Source: an uncultured Candidatus Peribacteria bacterium (GTDB taxonomy: Bacteria; Patescibacteriota; Gracilibacteria; Absconditabacterales; Absconditicoccaceae). From it: DNA of 64,000 bases. The notes beneath the pieces were generated by a model. That model did not search any database. It saw only the letters and a program-made list of their open reading frames with translations, and had not been told where the DNA came from. The position numbers were made by a program, and so were the translations under genes. The stretch lies in the NCBI GenBank assembly GCA_964422855.1, contig CAYRCS010000001.1, forward strand, positions 4,957 to 68,956, read 5' to 3'. This document shows positions 11,106 through 23,700 of this stretch, one piece after another. Numbering within the stretch: the first letter of the stretch is position 1; each line of letters starts with the position of its first letter.

Positions 11106-12203
11106 TTATCTATAAAAGAATTTCTTGTACAGCATCTCAATTGCGAGCCTTATGCTGTTACTATTTTTTTGTCATTTTTGTAAACTATAGTCTGTATAAT
11201 GAATATGTACCGGAATTTCAAGATATGACATACGATGTGCTACTATCTGCTCGTTGAGCTCATTGGCATAGTGCATGCCATCTGACTGCAGTTTAAATTT
11301 TTGGATGGCGACTAGAGACATCACTCTATAACCATTGTGTGGATCGGATACCTTATTGCTATACATCAAACGGACGACGACTTTTGCTATACCAAGTATA
11401 TATTTTCTGAGTGTGGGAATCTGATATGCAGCAGCTCCAGCTATAAATCTAGACCCTAGGTAGAGATCAACTTTTTGCTCCTGGATGGCCTTGGTAAAGT
11501 TTTTCATATCTGCTATATCCATCTGCCCATCAGCATCAAATCATACTACTCGCTTGATCTGGAGATCGGCGCCGTGTTGTTGCAAGAATGCAAAACCTGT
11601 CTTGGTTGCTGCTCATGCTCCTCTATCTCATCTATTGATAGCATGTCTGACATCTATGATCAATGCGTCAGGATATGTTGTTTGTTTCTCTTGGATGACA
11701 TCTTGTGTGGTATCTGTAGATCCATCATTTACGATGAGTATCTTGTTATATCATGCTTTGATTATATTTTCAATCACTGTACCAATCGTTTGTGCTTCGT
11801 TGTATGCTCTGATCAAGAATACAAAATCATCTTCGGGTTTGTTATTTTTATATTGTTCAATCTGCATATGATGCGTAGATCGAGATTGATCGACAGCCTG
11901 TTGTGTCACAAGCTTACTGAGCTGAGTGATATCTTTGGTGAGTCTGTTGTACAGGTCGATGAAAAAATAGAACAATAATATGATAGACGCATAGACGATC
12001 AGATCAGCACCTCTCGTTACACCAAAATATGTACCAAATTTATTGAGTAAGTCGATATCATATCCAAAAAGTGCGAGCACTGCTCCTCCACCGATAAATA
12101 CGAGAAAATGCAGCAAGGTAGCTTTTTTGCGTTTGTATAGGTCGATACCAAACAGCACAAATATAAGTGCTGCGACGATGATGATAAACTGGAGTAATGA
12201 CAT
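11106..12203 (-). CDS. family 2 glycosyltransferase fused to an N-terminal DUF2304-like membrane domain
   Basis: Track ORFs 11751..12203 and 11172..11522 share a frame. The N-terminus is a four-helix hydrophobic region (MSLLQFIIIVAALIFVLFGIDLYKRKK...GVTRGADLIVY). It is followed by GT-A motifs FVFLIRAYNEAQTIG, LIVNDGSTD and FDADGQ. Confidence 0.8.
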
Positions 12204-12209
12204 CGCAAT

Positions 12210-13484
12210 CTATAGACTATAAATCTTTCCCTGACGTTCGTCAGTTTTTACTACTTCGTATTCTGTATCAGATTTAATTTTGATGATATGTGTGATGCCT
12301 TTTTGTTGGGCGTATTTGATTTGCTTGAGGAAGTCTTCGGCTAGAGGAAACAACTCTATGACTTTGTTGTCTGCGTGATACTGTGCAATAATTTTTTGTG
12401 CAGTGTCTGCAAACTTGCCATCATTAACGATCAGATATGTCTGTGTTGGAGATACAAATGTTTTTTCTAGATCGTAATCTTCGAGCAAAATACTGAGCAA
12501 TCTACTGAGCCCAATACTTCATCCAACTCCTGAGAAGCTCTGCTTCTTGTCTATGAAGTCTGTAAGATTTGCATATGCTCATCCTGAACAGATACTGCCC
12601 AATTCTATCTTACCATCGACAAATGTTTCGAATACTGTGCCGGTGTAATAATCCAATCCACGCACGATAAATGGATCTATGATATAACTCACCCCTGCTG
12701 CGTCCAATTTTTGCGTCACTGCTTCAAGCTTATCCAAAGCATCTTGTGCTGCTGGTGACGATGCAGTAAATGATCTGAGTTGTGCTATATCTTTACCACA
12801 CAATACATTCAATATATCTATATGTGAGTCTTTTATCCCTAATTTGGTAAGTTCTTCTGCAAATTTTTCTTTGGCAATTTTGTGGTATCCATCAAATAGT
12901 TTTAATAGCGCATCGCGATCTTTGCCTGCTATAAGCTCTATCAATGCATAGGTAAATAATTTGTTGTTCACATGAAATTGTGATTTGATTTCCAATCCTA
13001 TCTGAGATCCTACAAACTCTATCGCTTTGGCAAGAGCGATGATACAGTCTGCATCATATATATCGTTGTATCATTTATCTTCTTTGCTCTTCCAGATCAC
13101 ATCGATATCTGCTTGTCGAAACTCTTTGTATCTCCCTTTCTGGTTTCTTTCGCCTCTCCAGACTGGTTGGATCTGGTAACGCTTAAACGGAAACGCTAAC
13201 TCGTTTTGTCGATCAAGTGCATAACGAGCAAATGGGACAGTAAGATCGAAGTGCAATGAATAATCTTTTGCGTCTTCTGGACCTTGCGCCATGCCATAGA
13301 GACCAAATATTTGTTTGGATGATTCTTCTCATCATTTTTTGAGTATGTTTGTATTTTCTACTGCAGGTGTCCAGATATGCTGATAACCGTACTGGGCAAA
13401 AGTTTGGGCAATGGTGCCGTAGATAGCATCAAAAATCTGTTGCTGTTTGGGACTGTACTCGGGGAATCATCCTGGGCGATACAT
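12210..13484 (-). CDS. hisS: histidine--tRNA ligase
   Basis: Track ORFs 13071..13292, 12579..12995 and 12210..12500 share a frame. Motifs: [48 protein letters not shown] and SICSGG. TAG stop. Confidence 0.9.
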
Positions 13485-13508
13485 ACTCTAATACAACAAT
13501 AATAAAAT

Positions 13509-14189
13509 TTAATCTTGAATAGTCTTGATACCAAAGACTTGGACTCGATAACCGTTTTTGTATGCCAATCACATATCTCTGAAGTTGGGATTAACGATAT
13601 TGTCTTTGTGAGCTGGGCTTTCCATCCATGCCTTCATCACCGCATCAGTATCGGTATATCACTTGGCAAGATTTTCACCTGCGAGAGCAAATGGATATCC
13701 TGAGGTTTTGATCCTATCTTCAAAGGTAACTCCTCCCTCAGTCGTATGACTAAAATCATCTGTTCTATCTATATATCCTACATAGAGTTCTGCTATCAAA
13801 CTCAACGTATCGTCTAGTTTGAGTGGCTGGAGATCGAGGTCTAGTCTAATTTCATTGGTCTTGTTTAATACTCCTTCTCTGATCTGTTGATAGAGCAATC
13901 ATTTGACACTGGTTTGATTGTTTTCTAGATTCTTTTTGAGATCAACAACGTGATCATTGACTGCATCAAGGATAGATTCAAATTTGGATGTATCAGATGC
14001 CTTGGATGATGCGGCTATGATCTTACTCTTGATACCTTCTCGTGTTTTGACTTGCTGTGCATAGGTCTGACTTGCCATAGATTGGTCTATTTTTTCTATA
14101 AGCGAATCTCGTTGCGATGCAGCGCTTGTGCTAGCAAATGTAAGGGTCGATGCTAGCACCAAAAGAATAAATTTTTTCATCAAACTCAT
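13509..14189 (-). CDS. secreted CAP/SCP-domain protein
   Basis: Track ORFs 13899..14189 and 13659..13898 are joined by a TGA. Signal peptide MKKFILLVLASTLTFAS. The C-terminal sequence GENLAK-G-YTDTDAVMKAWMESPAHKDNIVNPNFRDMG is typical of the CAP (YkwD-like) domain. Confidence 0.75.
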
Positions 14190-14200
14190 ATAGTAAAAGA

Positions 14201-16387
14201 CTACGACTGTAGAGCTTCTATGACTTGTGGGATAAACTCTTCCAATGGGATGCTCAAATATTTTTCACAATTTCTGACATGTTCTCTATCTACTCCTGCT
14301 GCGAATTTTTTATCTTTGATCTTTTTCATCACTGACTTTACTTCCATACCTGCAAATCATTCTGGTCTCATGAGTGAATACGCATAGAGCAATCACGACA
14401 ATTCATCGATAGCCGATAGATATTTTCTGATAAGCAAATCTACTGGCACTCCTGTCTTCTCTGTATAATGTGAACGGATATCATCGATCAATGTCTGTGG
14501 CAAATTAATTTCCGATACGATAGCATGGAATTCGTCTCCCAAATGTTTGTCAGCGTTTTTGCCGATATGATCTCGATCCACGTCATGGAGCAATCAAGCA
14601 ATATACCAAGGATCTTCATCTTGTCATAACTTCTTGGCAAAATATTGCATCACTTTACCTACTTGTTCACAATGCTTGCGTGTGTCGGTCAGATATTTGT
14701 CAGCAAGTTTTTGTGAGTCGGATATAGATGGGACATTTTCATATTTTACTGCTGGTGTGTTTTGTTGTGGAGTAGTTTTTGGAGTCATTGTTGGAGCGCT
14801 TTCTTCGTGAGTTTGTTCATGGATAGGTTTCATGAGTGGAAATAGTATAGAGTCTCTCAAGTTATCTTGTTGTGTCAGTAATGTTACCATTCTATCAATA
14901 CCCATTCATCGACCGGACTGCCCAGGCATACCGTACTCCATAGCGACAATAAAATCATCATCACCTTTGGTTGCTTCATCATCACCTTTTGCTACAGCAT
15001 CTGCTTGATCATCAAAATTTTGTTGCTGTAAAATTGGATCAACAAGTTCTGAATATGCTTTGATAACTTCCCAACCATTAACCACTACCTGGAACTGTTC
15101 TACAATATTGGCATCTGCATCACTTACACGAGCAAGCGGTTGCATAGTCTTAGGATAATTAGAGATGAACAGTGGACCCAATAATTGGGGTCTTGTTACT
15201 TTTTTGTATAGGTAATCTATCATCGTTGCTACTGTCTGCTCCTCTAATCCTACTCGATTATGCCCTTTTGCTTTGATATCTGATTTGAGTTTTGCTTCAT
15301 CACCTGGTTTGTATAAAGATACATCAATACCGCTATCATTTTTTACCTGTTGGATATAATCTATCCTCTTCCATGGGGTTGTGAAATCTACTTGTTTGAT
15401 ATTTCATTCTTTATCTTTTACTTGGATTTTTCTGTCTAATTTGAGTGTATCAAAAACATAATCAAACATCTGTTCCGTAAATGCCATATTTTTTTTGTAG
15501 TCCCAATATACCGCATAATGCTCTATTGATGTAAATTCTTGCAAATGCGATGGGTCTGATCATTCATTTCTGAAGTTTTTTGCTATTTCAAAAACCTTTT
15601 CTAGTCATCAGACTGTTGCAGTCTTAAGCGCAATTTCTGGCGCAATTCTCAAAAATACATCAATATCATAATCATTGTGGTGTGTTACAAAAGGCCTTGC
15701 CGCCGCCCCACTTGCTGCATTCCCTAGTATTGGAGTCTCTAATTCAGTAAATCATTGTGATCGATAAAATTCTCTAAGAGTTTTGACAAATTTGCTTCTA
15801 AATTGCATCCTCTGCAAACTATCTGTATTGAATATCATGTCTAGATATCTCTGGCGATAGGCATTTTCTGCATCCTCTCCAATACCATGCCATTTATCGC
15901 CCAATGGTCTGATAGCTTTGGTTAAGAATGTAAACTCTGGAGCAAAAATAGTCAATTCCCCCTTGTGGGTCTTAAATACTTCTCATTTTACACCTATAAA
16001 ATCACCCACATCAACATATTTTTCAAAAAATTTATATGCTGACATATCTCCTATATTTTTTTGTATTCCTTGATCTTGGGTATGTATCGCGCAGTTATCT
16101 TTATGAAGCATTATTTGTATAATACCTGTTTCATCTTGCAAACGCACAAATGTGAGTGCTCCATGTGTTCTGGTAAGCATAACCCTTCCAGCAGTAGATA
16201 TCTGGATATATGGAGATGGCACTAGTACTTCAGAGTCTCTTAATTCTTTGTTAGTATCAGCAAAATCAATAACTTGTTGTATTGTATGTATCTTGTCATA
16301 CTGTGCAGCATAAGGATTGATTCAAAGTTCTCTCAACTGCTGGACCTTGGCTATACGAACATCACGTTCTGATACTTTTTGGTTCAT
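14201..16387 (-). CDS. lysS: lysine--tRNA ligase (class II) fused to a C-terminal HD-domain hydrolase module
   Basis: Six track ORFs share one frame (15983..16222, 15752..15955, 14906..15223, 14624..14905, 14393..14593). I checked codon by codon that 15224..15751 has no TAA or TAG. LysRS motifs: [48 protein letters not shown] Pro/Thr-rich linker follows, then the HD module HCEQVGKV...LLHDVDRDH...SAIDEL. Confidence 0.9.
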
Positions 16388-16457
16388 GCGAAAAATATAC
16401 TATAAAATATCGGTTTATATCTAGCAAAAATAGTCGCTTTTGCAAGCGGAAGCAAGC

Positions 16458-17645
16458 TTATCTTGTATAGATGGTCTTAGCCGCAAAAGTTGTCCCTACC
16501 GTATATGCGTACTTCACAAAATCGGTATCCAATCAGAGCTTCTGCTGCCATATCTTGGCGTATGGTACTGCAGTAGCACTAATAGTGATATATGGAGACA
16601 CTTGATTATCGAGCTCATCAGCAACGTATAGTGGATTTTTGTTTGGACTAATCTGTATGGATCGATCTATGATAGATATATCATCTTCGGTCAATTGAAC
16701 CCATCCATCATATATATCTATTGGTACGTACATATCGGTATATGGTGCACCAACAGCTATTCCTGAACAGATAAATCATTGATCGGCATCACAAGCCCAT
16801 GTATCGATATCTCCATCGGCAACGCCACCTGCTTCATTTGTTTGATTGTGCTCACTACCTGCGTCTATTCCCTTGAGTCTCAATATCTCGATGATAAAAT
16901 GCTGTTCTGGCTCACTAATGATATTATCCCCATTTCGATCTCCGCTTGCAATCATACGACGTCTGATGTACAGTCTTTGTGTATCATTATTGTTGATAAG
17001 ATATATTTCCTGTATGCCAGTATCTGTTATGGCTGATGGCCCGTCTCTGGTCCATGTTTCGTTACCAAATTCTATTATTCATCATGTCCCATCTGCATCT
17101 CCTTGGACATCCCAGGATTGTCTAGCATATTGACCGTAGGATTGATAATACGTCCCACTGGTGGGAAATAAGTGTGCTATATTTTCTATTTGGTTCACAC
17201 ATCATTCGCCGTTGAGCATACCATTGGATTGGATAACATAATCGGGATCCAATGGACTAAGCTGATCATCAGTCGAACTACAATAATAGAGTCCATGTCT
17301 ATCGTATGATCACAATGTTGGGATACTATTATAATTACCGTATGCAGTAAATACTCCACATATACCATCTTCTCAGACATCTCGTTGAGATCACAGAGAC
17401 TGATCACATCCAACCATAGATCTAGCTCGATATTCTTCGTAATCGATCGTATAATCTTGGCTAAATTGGTTTATCTTCTCATATAAATAATGCATCCCTT
17501 GGATAACTGATTGTCTGGCTTGGATACGATTTTTGACGATATACGCGTTTTGAAGCAATGAGAAAACTATCGCAAGTAATATCCCCAATGCGGCGACTAC
17601 TACTACCATCTCCAATAGACTATATCCTCTCGTATGTTTCATCAA
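16458..17645 (-). CDS. type IV pilin-like protein (prepilin N-terminal methylation motif), 395 aa
   Basis: The N-terminus MMKHTRGYSLLEMVVVVAALGILLAIVF matches the G-[FY]-[ST]-L-x-E prepilin signature plus a hydrophobic helix. Track ORFs 17391..17645 and 16533..16733 share a frame and are joined through many TGAs. TAA stop at 16458. Confidence 0.75.
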
Positions 17646-17653
17646 CTCCTAGC

Positions 17654-19237
17654 TTAGGCGCTGATGTAAATGAGTACTGCCTCCTTGATCTGTTGCAACA
17701 CTGATCTCGTAGATCCTGATGCTCTATCTATCTTGGATTCCAATGTAGTGATCGCTCCTGACAATATTTGTTTGAACCTAGTTGCATCTCATGACTTGTT
17801 TGCAAGTTTTTGCACAACAGATACAAATGGATTGCTGGACTCTATAACTTCTTCTTCTGGGATTGTAGGTTCGAGAGAAATACCCATAGCCTGGAGCATG
17901 GCTGCTGCGCTTGCCTGGATAGTTTTGGTTACTGCTTTGTCATATAATAATTGTGCGTTAGTTATGATACTTTGCTTGAGTGCGTCTTTTTCTGCTCATG
18001 CTGAGAGTTTATCATAACTCGCTTTTTGCTCTTGGAGATTGGTAAGATTGTCTGTCTGTTGCCCACCCTTATCTACTCGTGCACTATATTGATCTGTAGC
18101 AAACTTCTTGAAATCTGCTTCATATGTCTGCATCCCTTCACCATACAAATCTGCCAAAGTAGTAGCTATAGCGTCTTTGATATCTGCAGCTGCGCCACTT
18201 GATGACAATGCATTTGTCCCTTTTTGGAGTTTGGATTTGACAGATCCTATGTGTGCTAATACGACTTTCATATATACATCCAAATCTGTGGTAGTGGTAG
18301 CTATAGATGTACAATTGATGGCGCCATCTTTGTAATATGCTGATTGGATATCTGCTATCTGTTTTTCTAATTCACGATACAATTGTACGTCGTACCATTG
18401 GCCGACAACATTGTCGATCGCATCATCAAAATCTAAGCCATATAATTTAGCAGTCTCATCTTGTCTGGCTTGGAGTAACTCTATGTAGCCTACGAGGTTT
18501 GTAGATCTCTTGGTTTGATTGCTTACTATAAGCTCAATCTTAGTAGCCAAAGCATCTTGTGCTACTTTTTTTTGATCATTGAGGATATCGAAAATATTAC
18601 CTTGCTGTGCCAAGTATTGTGCGTTAAATGTAGTCAATGTCTCTTGTAACTCTGCATATGATGATGCAATCTTGTCCAACTGTGTGATCTTGATATTCAT
18701 ATCTGCGAGCAATCATGAATTTTGTTTTGCATACTCCGCTACTGTTTCTTTTCTATCAAGTGCTTGATCGTTGTATGTGTTAAATAATTGCAATGTCAGC
18801 GCATTGTAAATATCACCAAAGGTATCTATCTGTGCGTTGACGCTCGCATAATCTACCGTCAAACCAAGGTTGTATTTGTCTATCATCCCTTTGAGATCAA
18901 CGTATTCACTCAATAATTGATTTCTGAGTTTACTCTTATCTGCATCCAGTGCCGTAAGCAGTGGCTTGCTATCTATAACCCCAAGACATGCTAAGCTTTT
19001 GAAATTAGGATCATTATCCACAGACAATCCTGTCGCAGTCTTGATATATCCTGAGTATGCTTTTTCTAATGCATCGAGTGCATCTTTTTTTTGCTTTTCT
19101 AATTTCTGCGAAGTAGTAAGCTGCGGTGTAGTGGTTCCTGTGCTTGTAGATCCCGTATTGGCACTAGCCATACCTACAACAGTAAGTGATAGACCCAATC
19201 AGAGACACATCAGTTTGATAATACCCTTGTTTTGCAT
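17654..19237 (-). CDS. secreted helical protein of unknown function (527 aa)
   Basis: Track ORFs 18713..19198 and 17996..18712 are joined by TGAs. ATG at 19237 gives the signal-like N-terminus MQNKGIIKLMCLGLGLSLTVVGMASA. Stops 8 nt upstream of the pilin start, which has an AGGAG Shine-Dalgarno sequence. Confidence 0.65.
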
Positions 19238-19385
19238 ACTACATAAGAAAAAAGTAAATACAGAATATATACTTGTCTGCGTTTTAGTATTTTATATGTG
19301 CTTTGCAAGTTGCAATTGTCGCCCAGAAGTCTAATTACGTGTATAATTACTCGTGTATGATGTTTTTATTTGACAAAATGCGAAA

Positions 19386-19976
19386 ATGAGCCTAATTCCT
19401 ATGGTAATTGAAAAATCTAAGCAAGGTGAAAGAGCATACGACATATATAGTAGATTGCTCGAAGACAGAATTATATTTATTGGTGAAGAAGTACACGCAC
19501 AGATGGTAAACACTATCGTAGCGCAGATGTTGTTCTTGGAGAAAAAGGATCCAGACAAGGATATCATATTATATGTAAACACTCCTGGTGGTGAAGTATA
19601 TAGTGGTATGGCTATCTACGATGTGATGCAATATGTCAAATGTGATGTACAAGTAGTATGTGTCGGATTGGCCGCATCTATGGGAAGTATCTTCATGGCT
19701 GGTGGAACCAAGGGCAAGAGATTTGCTCTCCCACATAGCAAAATCATGATCCATCAACCATTGTGAGGTACACAAGGGCAAGCGACTGATATCATTATCC
19801 AAGCAGAAGAAATGGTAAAAGTAAAAACAACACTCACCGGTGTCTTGCAAAAACATACAGGACAAAACCTCAAAAAACTCCAAGATGATATGGAAAGAGA
19901 TAAGTGGATGACTGCCGAAGAAGCTGTAGAATACGGCTTGATCGATGCTGTTATCTATCCAAAGAAGAAGAAATAA
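19386..19976 (+). CDS. clpP: ATP-dependent Clp protease proteolytic subunit
   Basis: Motifs [31 protein letters not shown] and [15 protein letters not shown]. The TGA at 19764..19766 sits at a conserved Gly. TAA stop at 19974. Confidence 0.95.
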
Positions 19977-19996
19977 CATATACTATAATCCACAAA

Positions 19997-20025
19997 AAGA
20001 GCGTCTTCGAAAGACGCTCTTTTTA
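19997..20025 (+). terminator. rho-independent terminator after clpP
   Basis: Perfect inverted repeat AAGAGCGTCTT/AAGACGCTCTT followed by a T-run. Confidence 0.7.
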
Positions 20026-20038
20026 TTATACCGATTAA

Positions 20039-20066
20039 TTGACTTTCGTGTTCTTTATTGTATAAT
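20039..20066 (+). promoter_or_regulatory. putative sigma-70 promoter (TTGACT-16 nt-TATAAT) for cdd and the downstream PPDK-like genes
   Basis: Hexamers at 20039..20044 and 20061..20066. Confidence 0.5.
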
Positions 20067-20094
20067 ATTTTGATTTATATACCGCTTGTGTGCA

Positions 20095-20655
20095 ATGAAC
20101 AAATATACCGTTCCTGCCTTTGAAGTATCAATCTATCCTTTTGCTAGCGCTACCAAAGACACACAATCATTGTTTCATCATGCTATAGAAGCGAGGAAGA
20201 AATGAGACCAACCTGTATCCAAATTTCATGTATGAGCAGCCATACAAGTAAGTGGTTGTGAAGAAAAAATCTATCTCTGAGCAAACTGCGAAAATGTTAA
20301 TTTCAATGGATCTACGCATGCCGAACAGTGTGCTATAAATGGCGCATTGATGAAGAAGTCTAATGATCAATATGGAAGTATGATCATAGAATCTATAGCG
20401 GTGGTAGGTGCTATGGATGACGTACATTTTGGTGATATTACAACTATGACACAAGATCGCTTATCGACAATGTTGCAATGAAAAACACTAGAAGAGATAA
20501 TGGATAGTTTTTGTACTCCGTGTGGGCACTGCAGACAGATCATAGCTCCTTATAGTAATGTGCAGACTCAGGTACACCTGCTCAATCCTCAATGAATGAT
20601 CGCGCAGTTGCCGTTCAAAAATCTCCTTCCTTTTCCTTTTTTACAGATTAAGTAA
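20095..20655 (+). CDS. cdd: cytidine deaminase
   Basis: No track ORF exists because of TGAs. The code-25 translation contains the zinc motifs THAEQCAI and PCGHCRQ. TAA stop at 20653. Confidence 0.85.
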
Positions 20656-20751
20656 ACGCTATTTATTTAGGATAATATTCTATTTACTCCACCATTGCAA
20701 GCCACCTACATTTCACTACAACACATAACAATTTATCCTCTACTCGTGGCA

Positions 20752-23700
20752 ATGTGAGCGATCAAACGATTCAAAGATATATCTTCAGCAGATGTAGGTA
20801 GCTGTGGTGGTAAATGAGCATCTCTTGGTGAATTAATGAGAGCCTGATTTCCCTTTGCTGATGGCTTTGTCCTCACGATAGAAGCTTTTGGTAAAAATCA
20901 TGATGAGTGGGCAGATGCTGTCTATGCAGCATATGATCAACTCAATACACAATACATAGCAGTCAGAAGTAGTGCGACCAAAGAAGACGGAATGGATGAT
21001 AGTTTTGCATGACAATTTGATACGTACCTATTCGTCAATAGAGAAACATTGATCGAGCAAATCATGGAATGTCACAAGTCCATCGACTCCCCTCGTATCA
21101 TCGCATATTGCGAGTCTAAAGGAATCAATATATCAGAAATCAAAGTAGCTGTGGTTATCCAAAAAATGATCAATAGCGAAGTAGCGGGTGTGGCTTTTAC
21201 CGTCAATCCTGTGACCAACAATAGAGATGAAATCATGATGGAATGATGATTTTGACTGGGAGAAGCTGTCGTATCAGGAATGATCACTCCGGACAATTAT
21301 ATTTGGAGTAAAGCTAAACAATCTATCACCGATAAGAGCATTAGTCATCAAACAAAGAAGCTTGTATTGGATATGAGTAAGTGAGGCACTATAGAAGAAA
21401 GCGTCGAATCGACCATACAAGAGGTACAAAAATTATCAGATAGTCATATCACGCAGCTTGCACAATTATCAGAAAAAATAGAACAACACTATGGCAAGCC
21501 AATGGATATCGAATGGGCTCTGGAAGATGGTAAACTCTATATCTTACAGGCTAGACCTATTACTACGCTTGTGACACAAATACCACAGACAAATATCGTC
21601 CCACGAGAAAAAGTACTCCAAAGAAATTTCCCTGTATTGGGATATACAACCGGAGCATATTATGAATTTCATGGGATACATTTATGACCCGTAATATGGA
21701 AACGTGATCGTGAGATCATGGCTACGTATCATGTACCACAAGTTTTTCTGATACAAGATCCGAGAGCATACTATACGACCAATGTACTTGATATTATCCA
21801 AGATATCAATGAGGATTTTGAAAAATCGACCGATCAATACAATCAAGAAATATATAAAGCAGTGCGTATCGAACCAGGCAATAGCTATGATGACTTAGCA
21901 GCCCTCAGTGAGATCCACAAACTCAGCTATGGCTTGATGCTTTTGTGATTTGATCTGGTGATAGACATCAAATCCTACATCGATAAACTCGTGCCTGATC
22001 AGTCCGCATCATTTTTGTGATTTCTCGAAACACCTATACAAAAAACTGCTATCCAACGCGAACAGCATGCCATCAATGCGATTAGAAAAAACAATGCACA
22101 TAACGACACGATAGAGCTCGAACAACTTACCTATGATTTTGGGTATATTCATCAAGATTATCTTGGCGAAGCTTGGACTGTAGAAAAATATAAAGAGCTA
22201 TTGGCTCAAGAAGATGCGCTCACCTCTCATATGGATGAGTCGTACGATATCAGTCACCTGTCGGAATACGAACAGCGACTTATTCGCATGTTCAAGAAGA
22301 TGGTCTATATGTATGAAGAATGAAGAAACGCGATGGTCAGATGTATGCGAGCGATCAACAAAACAAGCAAAAAACTTGGCATCGATACAGACAAAATTCT
22401 CTATATGACGGTATCTGAATTTGAAGAAATGTGTCAGAAGCAAGACAAAAATCTCATACTATCTGACGAGCTCTTGGCAAAGAGAAAAGAATGATTTGTG
22501 GCTCATTTTGATAATGGCATATATACCGAATATACTGGAAAACAAGAAGTAGAAAAATTTTTGTCAGAGACGGGTATTATGCATTTCTGGGACAAAAAAA
22601 ATATAGCAGTAGACGAATTAAAGTGAACTGTAGCATTCCCATGATATGCTATAGGAAGAGCTCGCTTAGTCTTTGATCAAAAAGATGCAAATGCCGTACA
22701 AGAATGAGAGATACTTATATCTCCCATGACGCAGGTAGAGTTCCTCTGATGAATGCGTAGATGTGGCGCTATCGTTACCGATGAATGAGGCATCATATGT
22801 CATGCAGCAATCGTCGCTAGAGAATTTGGGAAGCCCTGTATACTCTCTGCTAAAGATGCAACGAGCGCTATCAAAAATGGGGACTTGGTAGAAGTAGATG
22901 CCAATATGGGAGTGGTAAGAATTGTGGAGAAGTTTCAAGATAATCTATTGGCGAAGGCGCGAAAGAAAAATCGAGCAGGTCGATGGAGTTTGTTGTCATG
23001 CTATTATTTTGGCAATCATTATACGCAATCTCTCCAAGAGAAAATGGGAATATCATTGGAAGAAGCCATCATAATAGTGCACAAATGATATAGCGCATGT
23101 TATTTCCTCGAAGAACACAAGAAAAAATTTGGGACGCACTTTGCAAAAATGGCTCAAGAAGATACTACTCTTCTACAGTGATGGTCTGATAAACTTATAG
23201 AAAATACTGACATCATACTTGGGACGATCAAAGAACTCATGGGAAAAAACTTTGAAGCCGGAGATATGGATAGATTTTTGGAAGCATTCTACAACTACTC
23301 AGTCTATCATCGTATCATTAAAGTCTCTGTAGACTATCTTAGTGCTGATATATTGAGTACTGCTCTCTCTCCATTTGAGAAGGCTCGTGTATACGCAGAG
23401 CCTGTCTATGAAAATACTGAAGTGTATATGAGATATGTAGCGGATGCTTTGGGCAAAAAACATAGTATAGCTTCTGAGTTAATATTAGCGACAAGTCCAG
23501 AGCAATTTGCAGATATATTGGTATGAAAAATACCTGATATAAGTGTATTGCAAAATCAATTTGAGAGTTCTGTCTTCTATATCCATCAAGGAAAAACCCA
23601 ATATATTTCCTGATCTAGCGCACAAGAATTTGAACAGAAACTCACTGCAAAAAACGAAGCACAAGAAACGATCAGTGGCCAAACTGCATATCCAGGTAAA

